From a virus (taxonomy: Duplodnaviria > Caudoviricetes), in the IMG/VR virus record IMGVR_UViG_3300027914_000334, positions 1 through 64,000 of that record: a stretch of DNA of 64,000 nt. One strand, 5' to 3'. Made by a program: the position numbers and the translations under genes. Position 1 is the stretch's first letter. Every line of letters begins with the position of its first letter. The notes under the pieces were generated by a model. That model saw only the letters and a program-made list of their open reading frames with translations. It was not told the origin of the DNA and did no database searches. Of this stretch, positions 20,401 to 30,029 are shown one piece after another.

Positions 20401-20736
20401 GGTTACTGTGATATCTATTTCCAGACCGAAAGAATTTATCTTTTCAATAGTTCCGTAAAATTTCTTTGAAGCTGTATCACCAGCACCAAAATAAACGGTA
20501 ACAATTTGATTCAAAAGCCCATAAGAAGTTTCCAGAGTTGTAAAAAAGTTATCTCTGTTATCTAATTTAAGATTTAGACTTCTTGCTTGCGAACCAGATT
20601 TCTCTGTATCAGAAAATATACGATTAAGACTAACGCCATTTACAAGTCTAGGTTCCCAATATTTATCGGCATAATCTAACGCTGAATCTGAAAAATAATA
20701 CGTCGTTGCATTTACAACTAATTCAACACGTATCAT
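14410..20736 (-). CDS. tail tip/central fibre protein with Cys-rich distal region and C-terminal S74 intramolecular chaperone
   Basis: N-terminal hub-like region (VPIIFG, RNPA), Fn3-like repeats, G.IAGW fibre motifs, C-terminal STRAIK...IGPVAED + coiled coil; about 114 Cys counted by hand from residue 802 onward. Confidence 0.85.
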   Translation of the reverse strand: MIRVELVVNATTYYFSDSALDYADKYWEPRLVNGVSLNRIFSDTEKSGSQARSLNLKLDNRDNFFTTLETSYGLLNQIVTVYFGAGDTASKKFYGTIEKINSFGLEIDITVTESILPYLAQPIPDEQIAYDYYSDMGINDSWDAVPIIFGTARRHKLIPFDYVYHRYGIGSGEIYKVHKVYFDTEIIYDGDANPVVNGYSPDINSNGIKVRIFKGKGWGGSLETVTDEFGSHTSVYPGMAYIEFYDAVTGDPVKPQMTDNTDPEVFVDVSGIVNSGRTDAERNPAQLAYWLLTNPTTARNISGGGPNGWGLGIPVSLVDCTQAIIDSAALGFKVDGIINTRQEGREWVDELAKSCRGIFTEENGKYTLSIDKARGASVATFDETGENGYHCIVEPWNEPDLSQQINRLKVEFGRNHETGKYDKIPDPASIYTENSTHALRINKWNNDKIELPLVQDEVTAARLGQYYFKKKLNQLKTVTITTEVDIPDSLDIGKVVLVNAPKFLWTYKSFTVVEMSKSDTKTVLKLKEYDATVYDYTAISITYPTPVVPPSMYAIPAKPTNFNVTASASIRTDGTTQVTLNLTATKPTSNAQYVVFFRKKVGDANFEYFTQMATSGTHSYIWDKESGNYYIRAVTLSPTGVYSPIAISAGDTHYKGQPGAETYLTITGDLSAPGLPTVTAQSIINGASLLINITGGIPADFNHFSVERAIAVDGAPDLAHITVLNDHVKTQLYSDIQPDNAYSCWFYRVKAFDNSNNASAYSSWSSMVVPMKIDTKDIVAGAITSETITSQQIVGKDIRTACHAGDGCVSGIKITAAGIEGWNGAVKNFQLDSATGALTAQNACIAGYVCACTGHIGGWCIGATNLYSGNVGMDSCATAGTVSFYAGCSTPTLAPFRVTNTGNLYASNATISGTICSTDGKIAGWCICSNWLGSYNGYGAIELDSYYPRIFLASLCNYTVASNITIGNCLMNYNYSYLSGRFGIIVNTASNTIFQVHTNSCGSALCATIAGWNFNETCIYGNNITINSSGAIYTSDFVSGLRGWCINCYGNSEFNNVIVRGELRSSVFAYDEITAIGGQMIVAEAGILANCWTSPALNACNILCIKNSPAGIGIVFANNDILRIKTFNSSGIREMWVKVVSSTACTGYYSYCVQLMSGNASSTVPSGIAVANYGPATNTSGAILLNGQGSNSPFIDIFTNGSCPWCCLTPQVRLGNLSGIAGLSGYGLWTNNGNIFGGLLQSSNWGDNCGTCIDLTTGIIKLGGDCNPNLYFDGCDLVLKGTICATAGTFGGALCSCSGCIAAFNINACGIYSCNANSYFCINNTGIDMYICTNYSGSMYQIGKSEFTNASGEQQLFLCRVYYPTSDSACGLFYHYCALLYPSSINFSSCCYCMLCCTCLCYCCINGVCSSSISDGFISTIDRKKLPYIDQSCCEATMWRGHLWLYTTAGSNANSFYCSHCIWWCCAGVTRMCLDNCGLYWEKANPYICASGAVIIPNGICGTIYGGSCYVYYQDIRNCVLLPYHCPGGIYLSFISNTCAGLSDGGTYSGVMTIRKYGSGCDMSGGLPMQLGFTDNGNVWMRIACNCNTWNTWYRIAKYDGSLVSNYNVTKCVEHGNETTIAYGYCSTGALYINYRGSKGSCPICRYIFYNGICNGYANIYAKGFTACAGYNTSSVIDGIIITAYICGSTYCINCMSKNGLCGYNTLTTCSACIKFDYSINRAYACGQFELKNSLLCFACANPYICAASYTIMPGGLYVNGGTFYARNLMMARGGIKNDTGAVLYLCGGCTGECTYVYGCLQVQDIFYSPDIYISNNRICQADACGLYIRSGNCSYAYHRFYSCSGCLLGAIYGTNSNAFGILDCAGSWMIGGSTTSTWICNNLCVCNGMCNCYVAIFCNTCTCLGMGIRSQAKWVGLYGYADNYGVCGYATTNYGVRGVSAGSYGTYGGAANSGVYGCATCLYGVYGCACCYGGYFTATCCYGMYAVVVNGISGGGNTAWNTASTRAIKTNFEDIDVLNGLRTIKIQKWTFTDNNNLTHDEFIGPVAEDVQEAWKLRFENDNLYPVDGIALKAAQELDTCVTDLKACICSLTDCINNRLSALEAKLQ

Positions 20737-20747
20737 GGTTCTTTCCT

Positions 20748-21533
20748 TTATACTATTTCTTCAAACGTAAAAGACTTGCTTTTTATATCAGGTCTTTCTA
20801 TATCAAACGAAGTTTCATCCTTCATAGGTCTAACAAGATATGCTTTAGTATTATCACTAAACATATCTAAAAACAATACAATTTCTGAATATGTTGTCTT
20901 TGCTAAGTCGAATGTTGTAGCGGCTACCTTATCCCAACTTCCAGTAAAGGAACGCTTTGTACGACCAAGAACATATCTATTCACATAACCACTATTATAT
21001 TCTACATCAGAAATCTTTGGAATATATGCAATTCTAAATCCAGATTTTGGATTCCATACTTCTGTATATGTTCCTACATACATATTCCCTATCTTGAAAT
21101 ATGTATTGTCAAATAAAGGAATCTGTGCTGGTATTACAACTTTTAAATATTTGAATGATACAGTTCCTAGATCGACGAAATAATGCATATAATTTTCGTC
21201 TTCTATCTCATCTCTGGTTATTCCACTTACTTCTTCGATCTTAGTATATGTAATGTCGTCATTACTAATATATACATCAAATGCAGCAAAGTTAATTCTA
21301 TTCAAGAATAATCCAGTATGAGAAACAGCAGTACTCCCAAAATAATATTTAACCCATGATTCTGTTATAACATTATTAGATTTCCACGCTCTAGTTGGGT
21401 CTTTGTATTTAAGATTTGAAGATGGAAAGCTTGCATGTGAGGATGAAGCGGTTATAGTTATTCCAGAATCATTTTCAGAATAAGGACGATAACCAGTGGT
21501 ATTTCTTGAACTGTATTTATACATTACTTTCAT
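20748..21533 (-). CDS. distal tail protein with galactose-binding/discoidin-like fold
   Basis: Between tape measure and tip; ASSS...NL...AWKS...WV, SND..Y, FKYLKV pattern. Confidence 0.6.
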   Translation of the reverse strand: MKVMYKYSSRNTTGYRPYSENDSGITITASSSHASFPSSNLKYKDPTRAWKSNNVITESWVKYYFGSTAVSHTGLFLNRINFAAFDVYISNDDITYTKIEEVSGITRDEIEDENYMHYFVDLGTVSFKYLKVVIPAQIPLFDNTYFKIGNMYVGTYTEVWNPKSGFRIAYIPKISDVEYNSGYVNRYVLGRTKRSFTGSWDKVAATTFDLAKTTYSEIVLFLDMFSDNTKAYLVRPMKDETSFDIERPDIKSKSFTFEEIV

Positions 21534-21544
21534 AGGTTATCTCC

Positions 21545-24500
21545 TTACTTCATTATACCAAGAAGCTTCTTCTTCAGGGCTTCTATAAGTGTTGCGGCGT
21601 TAGGATCGTTCTTAGCGATAAGGTCACGAATCTGATTAGCTATATTCTTAGCTTCTTCATTATTAATATTTCTCATATCGATAAACACAGTATCACCCTT
21701 TGCAGTATTGCGTTCTTCTGCAATTCTCATCTGAAGTGTCTTATCGATAGATTCTAACATATCAAGCCAAGCATCATTAACTTCCTGAGTCTTATCCTTG
21801 ATATGTTGTTGTTGTTCGATTTGAAGATTAAGAAGTTCCATCTGTGCAGAGTACCATTCTTCGGTTCCAGATTCAAGATTTGTGATCTTTGTTTTGGTTG
21901 TAGCTATCTGGAAGTCATACCAAGCTTGCCATGGATCACCAGTTTTATTTACTGTGCTAATCATATCAGTATACATACTTCCTATTGCAGTATTAACCTT
22001 AGTAGTTCCAGAAAGGGTATATCCTATACCAGACATATTTTTAATTCCAGAAAGTACATTCAAAGCATCCGTTTTATCCAAATCCTTTAATGAAGAGAAA
22101 GCATCCAATTTGAATTGTTGTTTTAATATTAACGAAGTAACTTCTTTGAATTTTGTTTCCATAGCACTAAGAGGTAAATTTACAATATTCTTAATATCTT
22201 TCGTTACAAACCCACTATTTATCCAATTTTCAGCTTGTTCGGCTACAGACTCATACATTCCAGCTATATCATTGTTGGTACTAGCCAGTAACTCCTGTAA
22301 TGAATCCCAAAGTTCTAAGTCAGCACCTTCTAAATTATCATGATTTGTTACACCTCTAAATTTATTAGCTATTGTCGTTTCTATTTGAGATTTTTGATTG
22401 AACATAAGTTCATAATTATCAAAATTCTTAGTAGTATCATTAGTATACAAGTTAGCCATTCTATATTTATATTCATTTTTAAGACCCATTACATTTGCTT
22501 CGTTATTACCATGTGTAATTAGTTCATTAATACGAGCATTTACATCATCTATATTGTTAGAAAATAATTTTTTATATGTAAGTTTAACAGAATCCCATAT
22601 TTTATCTCCAACACTACTATTACCAACACCAAGAATCTTGGATATTGTAGTGGCATTACCACCAGCCTTCTGAATAGCAGCATATTGTTCTGGTGTTATA
22701 GTAGCACTGCCATTCTTAGTTTCTCCGGGAATTGTTGCCCAATATTTCCAAAACCAGAATCGTTTTTGAACTCTCTGTGGATTATTAACCAGTGAATAAT
22801 TGGTATCGTATCCAGAAACCTTGCCATATTTTTCCATCTTCTGAGAATCTGTCATACCAAGATCGGAAAGATATGGATTAACACTTGCCGTAGCATTATA
22901 GTATCCATAATATCCACTTCCCTTGTATGCAAGACTTCTATTGTTAAGCATAGAGATACTAGAAGTGTTCATAGCACGTTTAACATCTTGTGCTTGATTC
23001 TTTGCTGCATCGGCAAGTTCTTTTGTAGCTGTAAGATATTCTATTTGGGCATCATACCATTCCCTTGAATTCTTTGTTAACTTTGACATATTATTGGCTT
23101 TTTCAGAAATACCTATCTGCATCTCAGTAAACGAAGAATTACCACCATATATATAATTTTCGTAACGTCTTTTAGACATAGACGTTGCCATCTTCTCAGC
23201 ATCTATTTGATCCATTAAGTCTGCTATTTCATTTGCGGTTTCATATACAGTATCTCTAAATTTATCAATAGTTTCTCTGTCATTATTTTTCAATGCAGTT
23301 TGATATATACTATCTATCTGACTCTTATAATTAGATTTAATTTTAATCTCTTCCTGAAGACCTTGTAAGTTATATTTTTCTTTTAATTTGTCAATACGTC
23401 TTGTGTTTTCATAATGCTCTTTGGCAGCAGTATTGAGTAATTGATAATATTGCTTCATTGAATTATAAAATGCAGTAGAGTCCGAAGCGGCATGTTTCTC
23501 CTTCGGCCCCTTCCATCCAAGGAATCCACCACCAGAATTCCACGTTCTAAACCCTATTTCGTCGAATCCAAATCTAGCAATTGTTCCATATTTGGAAGAC
23601 ATTTTATATTTTTCTGCATCATCGAAACGACGATTTACATAACCAGTTCTCATTTCGGTATCATTGGCATATTGTTGTTGGGCGGCACCTGTTTTATCTT
23701 TAGTTCCACCGAACAGACGACCGGGTTGTGTAAGGAAGCTTATAGCGGCAGCAGCAGGAAGTACCCAAGGATTACTAGCAAGGAAACCACCTTTACCAGC
23801 AAACGAATTCCACAATTTCGTAACAGTACCAGTTTTACCGAATAATTTAGCACCTGTCATCGCTTTACTAACAGCACTAGCACCAAAATTTCCAGCAACA
23901 CCCATCATTAAGCTTTCGGTTATTCCATTTCCAACAGACCCAACGCCGGGAATCATACCACCACCAGCAAGAGCCATAGCAGTTCCGATAGCTGGTTTAT
24001 TAACAGCGATGTTATTAAGAACACCACCCATATACTTAGGGCTTGCATTCGCACCAACGCCACCAGAGCCACCACCGAATACCGAAGGAAGAATGGTCTT
24101 AGCTAATCCACCAAGTAATCCACCACCTGTAAACGAAGACTGTCCTTGTGCATTTACATCTACACCAAGTACAATCTTCATGGTTTGTAACGCAAGCATC
24201 TTAGCAATTATCTTTACGATTTCATCGCGGATAGATACACCAATTTGCTTGAACATATCTCCAAGAGTATGAATCTTCATAGTCATGAAGTCGAAGAAAC
24301 CAGTTTCAAAGGCAGATGTCATCGAATTTACAAGATCATATGCTCCCTGCTCCATTATCTCAGAGAAGTTCTTCCATTCATTTACAGCACGACCAATACC
24401 AAGAGCGAATGAATCACCAAGAGCCTGTGGTTCCATTTCAAGGCGACCCTGCATAGCAGTAAACCAAGCACCCTTGGCTTCCCTATTAAGACCGGCCATT

Positions 24501-27500
24501 TCGCCCCTCATAGCCTTTAATTGAGAAATAGATTTATCGGTAAGGTTCTTCTTGAATAATTCTATAGCGGCATTAAATTTTATTATTGCAGAATTGGCAC
24601 CAACAGCATCTTTTGATTTGTTTAATACGTCTATTAATGCCTCAATATATTTGACAACACCCGGAATATTATTACCTATATTCGTCACATCATTTGGAAT
24701 AACAGACCCAAGAAAACCACCGATCCCACCACCAGCGACTAATGCGCCTATATTGTTTTTACCATTAACCTGATCTGTTATTTTTAATAAGTTTTCTGAG
24801 AAATTCTTTAATCTATTTATGGCTTCGTCGATATTACCACCAGACATTATATCAACTGCAATTTCGTTCAAAGCATTAACTATAGATGTTTTATCTGTAA
24901 TTGGGGCATATGCCATTACGAAGTCTTTTGCTTCGTTTATGGCATTTTTTTGAATCATAGTATCTAAGTTCGCTTGTATATTTGGGAAGAATTGATATGT
25001 GTTTTTTGATAGCTGTTCCATCATTATATTTTTAAATCTATTTGAAGCGGCAACCAATTCAGTATCCTTAGCTGTAGACAAGTCGGCTAATTGGTCTGTG
25101 ATAGATTTCTGCATATTATCTCTTGCAGTTTTTATATTCGATATAGAAACTCCAAAGTAATCTGCGAACATCTCAAGATCATCAACGGTCTTGTCGTTTA
25201 AAATTGGGCCGGTAAATGTGGTAAGAATTCCAGCACTTTCATACAACTTTGTTCTAATTGCGCTTTCATACCATTTATTTAAATTTTGGCCTTGTAAAGT
25301 TGATTTTTTGGAATTATATGTATCCATTATTTGTTCAACTTCGGCTGAACCAAATCGGCTATCACCTGTATTGAGTTCTGTTATTAATTTTTCAGCGTTC
25401 GATTGAAGAACCGATTGAATGAATTTATTTCTATTATCTGTTATAACACCATAAAACCCAGAAGATGCCGATTTTATTTCCTTTTCTGACTGATCGGCAA
25501 TGATTTTAGATTTTGCTATTATATCTTTTGGATCGAAGAATTTAGGAATATTACCGCCAAGAGACGTGTAGACCGATGCCTTTAATCCATCATAAACACT
25601 ATACAAATCATCTATAGAATCTCCAATGGCAGATGCCATATCCTTGGCTGGTTTAATAGCTCCATCTATATTCATATGAATATGTGAAGCACTAGCGGCT
25701 GAATTGGATTTGACTTGTAATAACTCCTGACCTATAGCATTATTAGCTTCATTAATCATCGGCTGAAGTATTTTTTCTTTAAATTTCTTATCACCACTGT
25801 TAATAGAATTTTCAAAAATGATGTCTGTTATTTTGTTCTCTTTAGCAACTATAGCTAGTCGGTTAAGAAAGTCTTGGTTGTATATACTTTCAATATCGAT
25901 ATCCTTAATACTGAAATCAAGAGCCTGTCCAGATGGGTGTTTGCTGTTTTTATTTTCTGGTCTGGTATCTTTACCGGAAGTAATCTTTAATTGATACCCA
26001 AGAATGTCTTTGAATTGTTTTTCTAATATATATCCAGCACGAATGGTTTCGTCTGTAACCCCAAGAAGGTCAACACTACCATTCTCTTTTTTCAGCAGGT
26101 TTAGAGATTCCCTCATCGATGAAATAGATACTGTTAAATCCTTAGCCCGTTCTGTTGCTTCCAATGCCTTATCTTTGATACCACCAAAAACAGTATCAAA
26201 AAATCCAAGTATTCCACTTTCTGATTCTTCTGATGCTTTTGCAACCTTATTAAACTCATCAGCAACTTTGGATTGGTCGATAGTTTCTCCAAACTTCGAA
26301 ACATCCTCTATGGAGTTTCTCAAATCTTGAATATTCATTAAAGTCTCTTTTAAAGACGGAACTTCAAGCATTCTACTCCAATCATACATCGGATAATTAC
26401 CAGATTGGAATTTCTTTAAAGAAACATCGTCATAAATAGCACCAATAGATTGTAATTTTGCTTTGGTATCAGATTCCAGTTTACGAATAGTGTTATTATG
26501 TTTTTCAAGCCAGCTATTAGCAGAATCTCTATTTTTCAAATCATTACTATTTATTTCAAGAGCCTGAACATTTTTATCTGTAGATGTTTCCTTGACCAAA
26601 TTCAATGTGGATTTAAGCGAGTCAACCTTTCTAAGCCATGTGTCATTTTTTCCCTTTTCATCAGAACCAAACAAATTAGCCAACCAGCCACTTGGACTGT
26701 AGTTGTCAAACCTCTTTAATAAGACATAAAGACTTGCGAACCCTGCTAATATAACCCCAAGCTGTATCGAGAATGACAACATAGAACCGGTTGCAAGGGC
26801 TTTGAATTTATCGCTGAGTGATGGAAGCGATTTTTGAGTAATATTAGCTAATGTTCCAGATAGTCCCTGTCCTGCATTTACAACCAATCCAAAAGTAGAT
26901 GCGATTAAATCCTTAACATTTCCAAAACCAAAAATCCAACCAATAATAAGCCCCTGCATTTGTTGATCTTTTGTAAAGATTCCTTCTATACTTCCGCTGA
27001 ACTTTTTAATGTAAGAATATACAGTAGTTCCAGCGGATACAATGTTATCAAGAACCCAAGATATATTACGAACAAGATTCTTAAGTTCTTCGTAGAGTTT
27101 TCCAGCACCATCAGTCATAGAATCAAACAAATCACCAAATGCCTTCTTAGCTTCAGGACTATTAAGGTATGCTGCTATGCCTCGTAATATCTGAGCATAT
27201 TTTTCTACAAAACCAACAATAAGTTTAATCGAATCGGTTCCTTGTATATTGGTACCAAATATAGAATCTATAATTCCCTTGATACCAGTAGCCATGTTCT
27301 TAAGAGATTCGTACATGGAGATATATACATCGGAAATTCTCTTGGCAAAAGCTTTACCGTCTTCACTAGAAGCGAAATCTCCGAAGGCATCCCTGACCTT
27401 CTTAAGATCGCCAGTGATAACGTTGTAAATTCCACCTTCACCGATGTTGTTCTTGAAGATTTCCCAATAACCTTGAATCTTAGCCATTAATGAACCGAAC

Positions 27501-29584
27501 TGCATCGATGTTGCTTCAAGAGCATCTTTTCCATAAATAGGAGACAGATAATCATAAAGACCAGAAAGCATCTGTTCTGGATTGTTTTTAACATCTGTTA
27601 TTTTTTTACCATCCAATGTGGTAATCATATTAACTGGAATTTCGAACCTTCTCTTAAGTGAAAGAAGGTCGCCAGAAAGTGCTTCACGCAGGGAGAAGAT
27701 AGCACCCTGAATACCCCACTCTGGTTCGATCTGAGATAACGCCATTACGATTACATAGAGTTTTTCCAGATTACCTTCGGCCTTGGACGAATCTGTAAGC
27801 ATTTGGCGTAATGGAGAGATCATAGAGAAGGCTTTTGTAGAAGCAAATATCTGATCGTAGGCAATAGGAAGGTCTTTTGTAACGTTTAGTGACTTAGCCA
27901 TTAAATCGTTTACAGCACCCTGCGTTTTCATCATACCAAGCAAACCGATATTATATCCTCTCATCTTCTCAGTAGAAAGGATAACATCGGTGAGGAATGA
28001 CTTCATAGCATAACCAATTCCAACGAATGCGGCGGCTACAGCCGTTATGCTCATTACCAACTTAGAAAGAAGACTAGTTAAATTTTCAACTCCGGTACTA
28101 ATAGTTCCAATTAAAGAATCAACTAAGGTTGCTCTTGGAACTACAAGTCCGACAGAACTTGCAATATCTGTCAGTTGAGATTGTAATTGTGGTATATATG
28201 GATTTGATGAAGGAGTTTGGGATTTTTTATCCTTTTCTTTATCATAAGCCTTGGATAACTCTCTATTAATTTTTTCTTGAAGTTTCTCTTGTTTATCTCT
28301 TAATTTTGCATCTGTTACAATTTTAGAAGCTGCATTTAATGCTTCATCATAAGCTTTCATTTCAGCTTTTGTATTGGCGAAAACATTAGCCTTAACACCA
28401 TTAGCGATAGAATTTAAATTAGCTCTATCATTTTTGAATTTTGGATCGGCTAATGAATTATTATAATTATTTATTTTATTAAAAAATGCTGACTTCTTTT
28501 TTGAAAGTTCTGCAACTTCCCTTTCCATAACTTTTTGATCTGTAGAAAGTTCCTTCTTTGCTTTATTAAGGTCTTCAAGAAGGAACTTAAGATTCCCCAT
28601 TTGCGTGGAAAATGGTTGATCTTTATACTGATCCATCAAACCCTTAGCTATATTTTTATACCTAGAACCTTTCTCACTAGAAAACAAAGCATCATTAAGG
28701 GCATTGTCAATCTTAATTCTTGCGTTCTTTAATTCACCTTGAGCATCTTTTGCAACTTTATTTAAGTTCAACTTTGCAAGTTGTTTAACAAGAACATCGG
28801 TAGGTTCTTTCTGCATCTTATCTATAAATTCTTGCATGGCTCTTGGATCTTCTACATCAACTCCACCAATCATAGACTTCATAAGGCGGCTTATAACACC
28901 AGTTTTTCTTAAATCATTCTTTGATTCGTTTGTTAAGTTTAATGCATCATTTGCCGATTTCTTTGCATCGGACATTACCTTTGAAAGAAATTTATTCGCT
29001 ACCTTTGTCTTACCCTTGGACAATTGATTTCTAATTATAGAAGTATATTTTGAATCGGTAGCATCCCATGCCTTTGTTACGGCATCTGGATTGATACCAT
29101 AAATCCAAGATGTTTCCGCAAACATATCTGTTAATTTTTTAACAGTATCAGAATCCGTTAATGATTTAGATTTCTTTTTAGAAGATGAGCCAAGAGCTTT
29201 CTTCATATTTGCTATAGAAGTATCTGCCTTTTTTGTTAAATCTTTTATTTTCTTAGTTGATGCTTCCAAAGTAGCATCGACATTAGTAACAGTTATAGCT
29301 TTCTTGATTTCTTTAAATTCAGAATTTAAGAAATCTGCAATACTATCTTTACCCCAACCTCTTTTGTTTTTTCTATTGCCAAAAAATGCTTTGGATAATG
29401 ATTCGTCTATTTTATTTCCGGCCGAATTTAGATTGGTTGAAATACTATTCATCTGAGAAACAAACTGTTTCATCTTATTGATGAATCCAGTCATATCATC
29501 ATTCATAGACTTAAGAGATTTAGAGAAAGCATCTACACCTTCAACAACTACTTTAAGTTTCTGTTCAAATGCTTGTGAAGCCAT
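21545..29584 (-). CDS. tape measure protein with internal peptidase M15-like domain
   Basis: ~2,680-aa helical protein after chaperone genes; AGGAG RBS before MASQAF; ITSG...SKHPSGQALDF...HIH motif. Confidence 0.88.
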   Translation of the reverse strand: MASQAFEQKLKVVVEGVDAFSKSLKSMNDDMTGFINKMKQFVSQMNSISTNLNSAGNKIDESLSKAFFGNRKNKRGWGKDSIADFLNSEFKEIKKAITVTNVDATLEASTKKIKDLTKKADTSIANMKKALGSSSKKKSKSLTDSDTVKKLTDMFAETSWIYGINPDAVTKAWDATDSKYTSIIRNQLSKGKTKVANKFLSKVMSDAKKSANDALNLTNESKNDLRKTGVISRLMKSMIGGVDVEDPRAMQEFIDKMQKEPTDVLVKQLAKLNLNKVAKDAQGELKNARIKIDNALNDALFSSEKGSRYKNIAKGLMDQYKDQPFSTQMGNLKFLLEDLNKAKKELSTDQKVMEREVAELSKKKSAFFNKINNYNNSLADPKFKNDRANLNSIANGVKANVFANTKAEMKAYDEALNAASKIVTDAKLRDKQEKLQEKINRELSKAYDKEKDKKSQTPSSNPYIPQLQSQLTDIASSVGLVVPRATLVDSLIGTISTGVENLTSLLSKLVMSITAVAAAFVGIGYAMKSFLTDVILSTEKMRGYNIGLLGMMKTQGAVNDLMAKSLNVTKDLPIAYDQIFASTKAFSMISPLRQMLTDSSKAEGNLEKLYVIVMALSQIEPEWGIQGAIFSLREALSGDLLSLKRRFEIPVNMITTLDGKKITDVKNNPEQMLSGLYDYLSPIYGKDALEATSMQFGSLMAKIQGYWEIFKNNIGEGGIYNVITGDLKKVRDAFGDFASSEDGKAFAKRISDVYISMYESLKNMATGIKGIIDSIFGTNIQGTDSIKLIVGFVEKYAQILRGIAAYLNSPEAKKAFGDLFDSMTDGAGKLYEELKNLVRNISWVLDNIVSAGTTVYSYIKKFSGSIEGIFTKDQQMQGLIIGWIFGFGNVKDLIASTFGLVVNAGQGLSGTLANITQKSLPSLSDKFKALATGSMLSFSIQLGVILAGFASLYVLLKRFDNYSPSGWLANLFGSDEKGKNDTWLRKVDSLKSTLNLVKETSTDKNVQALEINSNDLKNRDSANSWLEKHNNTIRKLESDTKAKLQSIGAIYDDVSLKKFQSGNYPMYDWSRMLEVPSLKETLMNIQDLRNSIEDVSKFGETIDQSKVADEFNKVAKASEESESGILGFFDTVFGGIKDKALEATERAKDLTVSISSMRESLNLLKKENGSVDLLGVTDETIRAGYILEKQFKDILGYQLKITSGKDTRPENKNSKHPSGQALDFSIKDIDIESIYNQDFLNRLAIVAKENKITDIIFENSINSGDKKFKEKILQPMINEANNAIGQELLQVKSNSAASASHIHMNIDGAIKPAKDMASAIGDSIDDLYSVYDGLKASVYTSLGGNIPKFFDPKDIIAKSKIIADQSEKEIKSASSGFYGVITDNRNKFIQSVLQSNAEKLITELNTGDSRFGSAEVEQIMDTYNSKKSTLQGQNLNKWYESAIRTKLYESAGILTTFTGPILNDKTVDDLEMFADYFGVSISNIKTARDNMQKSITDQLADLSTAKDTELVAASNRFKNIMMEQLSKNTYQFFPNIQANLDTMIQKNAINEAKDFVMAYAPITDKTSIVNALNEIAVDIMSGGNIDEAINRLKNFSENLLKITDQVNGKNNIGALVAGGGIGGFLGSVIPNDVTNIGNNIPGVVKYIEALIDVLNKSKDAVGANSAIIKFNAAIELFKKNLTDKSISQLKAMRGEMAGLNREAKGAWFTAMQGRLEMEPQALGDSFALGIGRAVNEWKNFSEIMEQGAYDLVNSMTSAFETGFFDFMTMKIHTLGDMFKQIGVSIRDEIVKIIAKMLALQTMKIVLGVDVNAQGQSSFTGGGLLGGLAKTILPSVFGGGSGGVGANASPKYMGGVLNNIAVNKPAIGTAMALAGGGMIPGVGSVGNGITESLMMGVAGNFGASAVSKAMTGAKLFGKTGTVTKLWNSFAGKGGFLASNPWVLPAAAAISFLTQPGRLFGGTKDKTGAAQQQYANDTEMRTGYVNRRFDDAEKYKMSSKYGTIARFGFDEIGFRTWNSGGGFLGWKGPKEKHAASDSTAFYNSMKQYYQLLNTAAKEHYENTRRIDKLKEKYNLQGLQEEIKIKSNYKSQIDSIYQTALKNNDRETIDKFRDTVYETANEIADLMDQIDAEKMATSMSKRRYENYIYGGNSSFTEMQIGISEKANNMSKLTKNSREWYDAQIEYLTATKELADAAKNQAQDVKRAMNTSSISMLNNRSLAYKGSGYYGYYNATASVNPYLSDLGMTDSQKMEKYGKVSGYDTNYSLVNNPQRVQKRFWFWKYWATIPGETKNGSATITPEQYAAIQKAGGNATTISKILGVGNSSVGDKIWDSVKLTYKKLFSNNIDDVNARINELITHGNNEANVMGLKNEYKYRMANLYTNDTTKNFDNYELMFNQKSQIETTIANKFRGVTNHDNLEGADLELWDSLQELLASTNNDIAGMYESVAEQAENWINSGFVTKDIKNIVNLPLSAMETKFKEVTSLILKQQFKLDAFSSLKDLDKTDALNVLSGIKNMSGIGYTLSGTTKVNTAIGSMYTDMISTVNKTGDPWQAWYDFQIATTKTKITNLESGTEEWYSAQMELLNLQIEQQQHIKDKTQEVNDAWLDMLESIDKTLQMRIAEERNTAKGDTVFIDMRNINNEEAKNIANQIRDLIAKNDPNAATLIEALKKKLLGIMK

Positions 29585-29610
29585 TTTAAATCTCCTAGTC
29601 TCGTAAATGA

Positions 29611-29640
29611 AGATAGGGGTGAAAGAACTCACCCCTATCT
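29611..29640 (-). terminator. hairpin between chaperone and tape measure genes
   Basis: AGATAGGGGTGA/TCACCCCTATCT stem. Confidence 0.6.
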
Positions 29641-29646
29641 GACTTT

Positions 29647-30029
29647 TTACTTCTGCTTAACCGTATTCTGTTTATTAACCAACTGTTCGGATCGTGCTTT
29701 CATCCTTGCAGTATCTATAATTTGTATCTTTTCGAACAAATCCAACCTTTCGTCTCTGTCAATTATACCATAAATATCGAACAAGAATTGTATAGCTTCG
29801 AACTTGATACCTAGTATATCACCCATTCCAGCTACAATTACTTGCCCTGCTACCTTCTGATATAACTCCCAAGCGTAATGATTAGATACCCACAAGTCTA
29901 CCTTACCAAATTCACATCCTCCTAAAGCACATGGAGGTAATTGTTTCTTTATCTTCTGGTAATGGTTCGCACAATCATCACATGAACCTCTTTGCGGAGT
30001 GAAGATAAACTCCGCAAAGTCAATTAGTT
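29647..30029 (-). CDS. tail assembly chaperone frameshift extension (gpT-like)
   Basis: -1 frame open from the slippery site: LIDFAEFIFTPQRGSCDDC...PPCALGGC...LWVSNH to stop at 29647. Confidence 0.85.
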
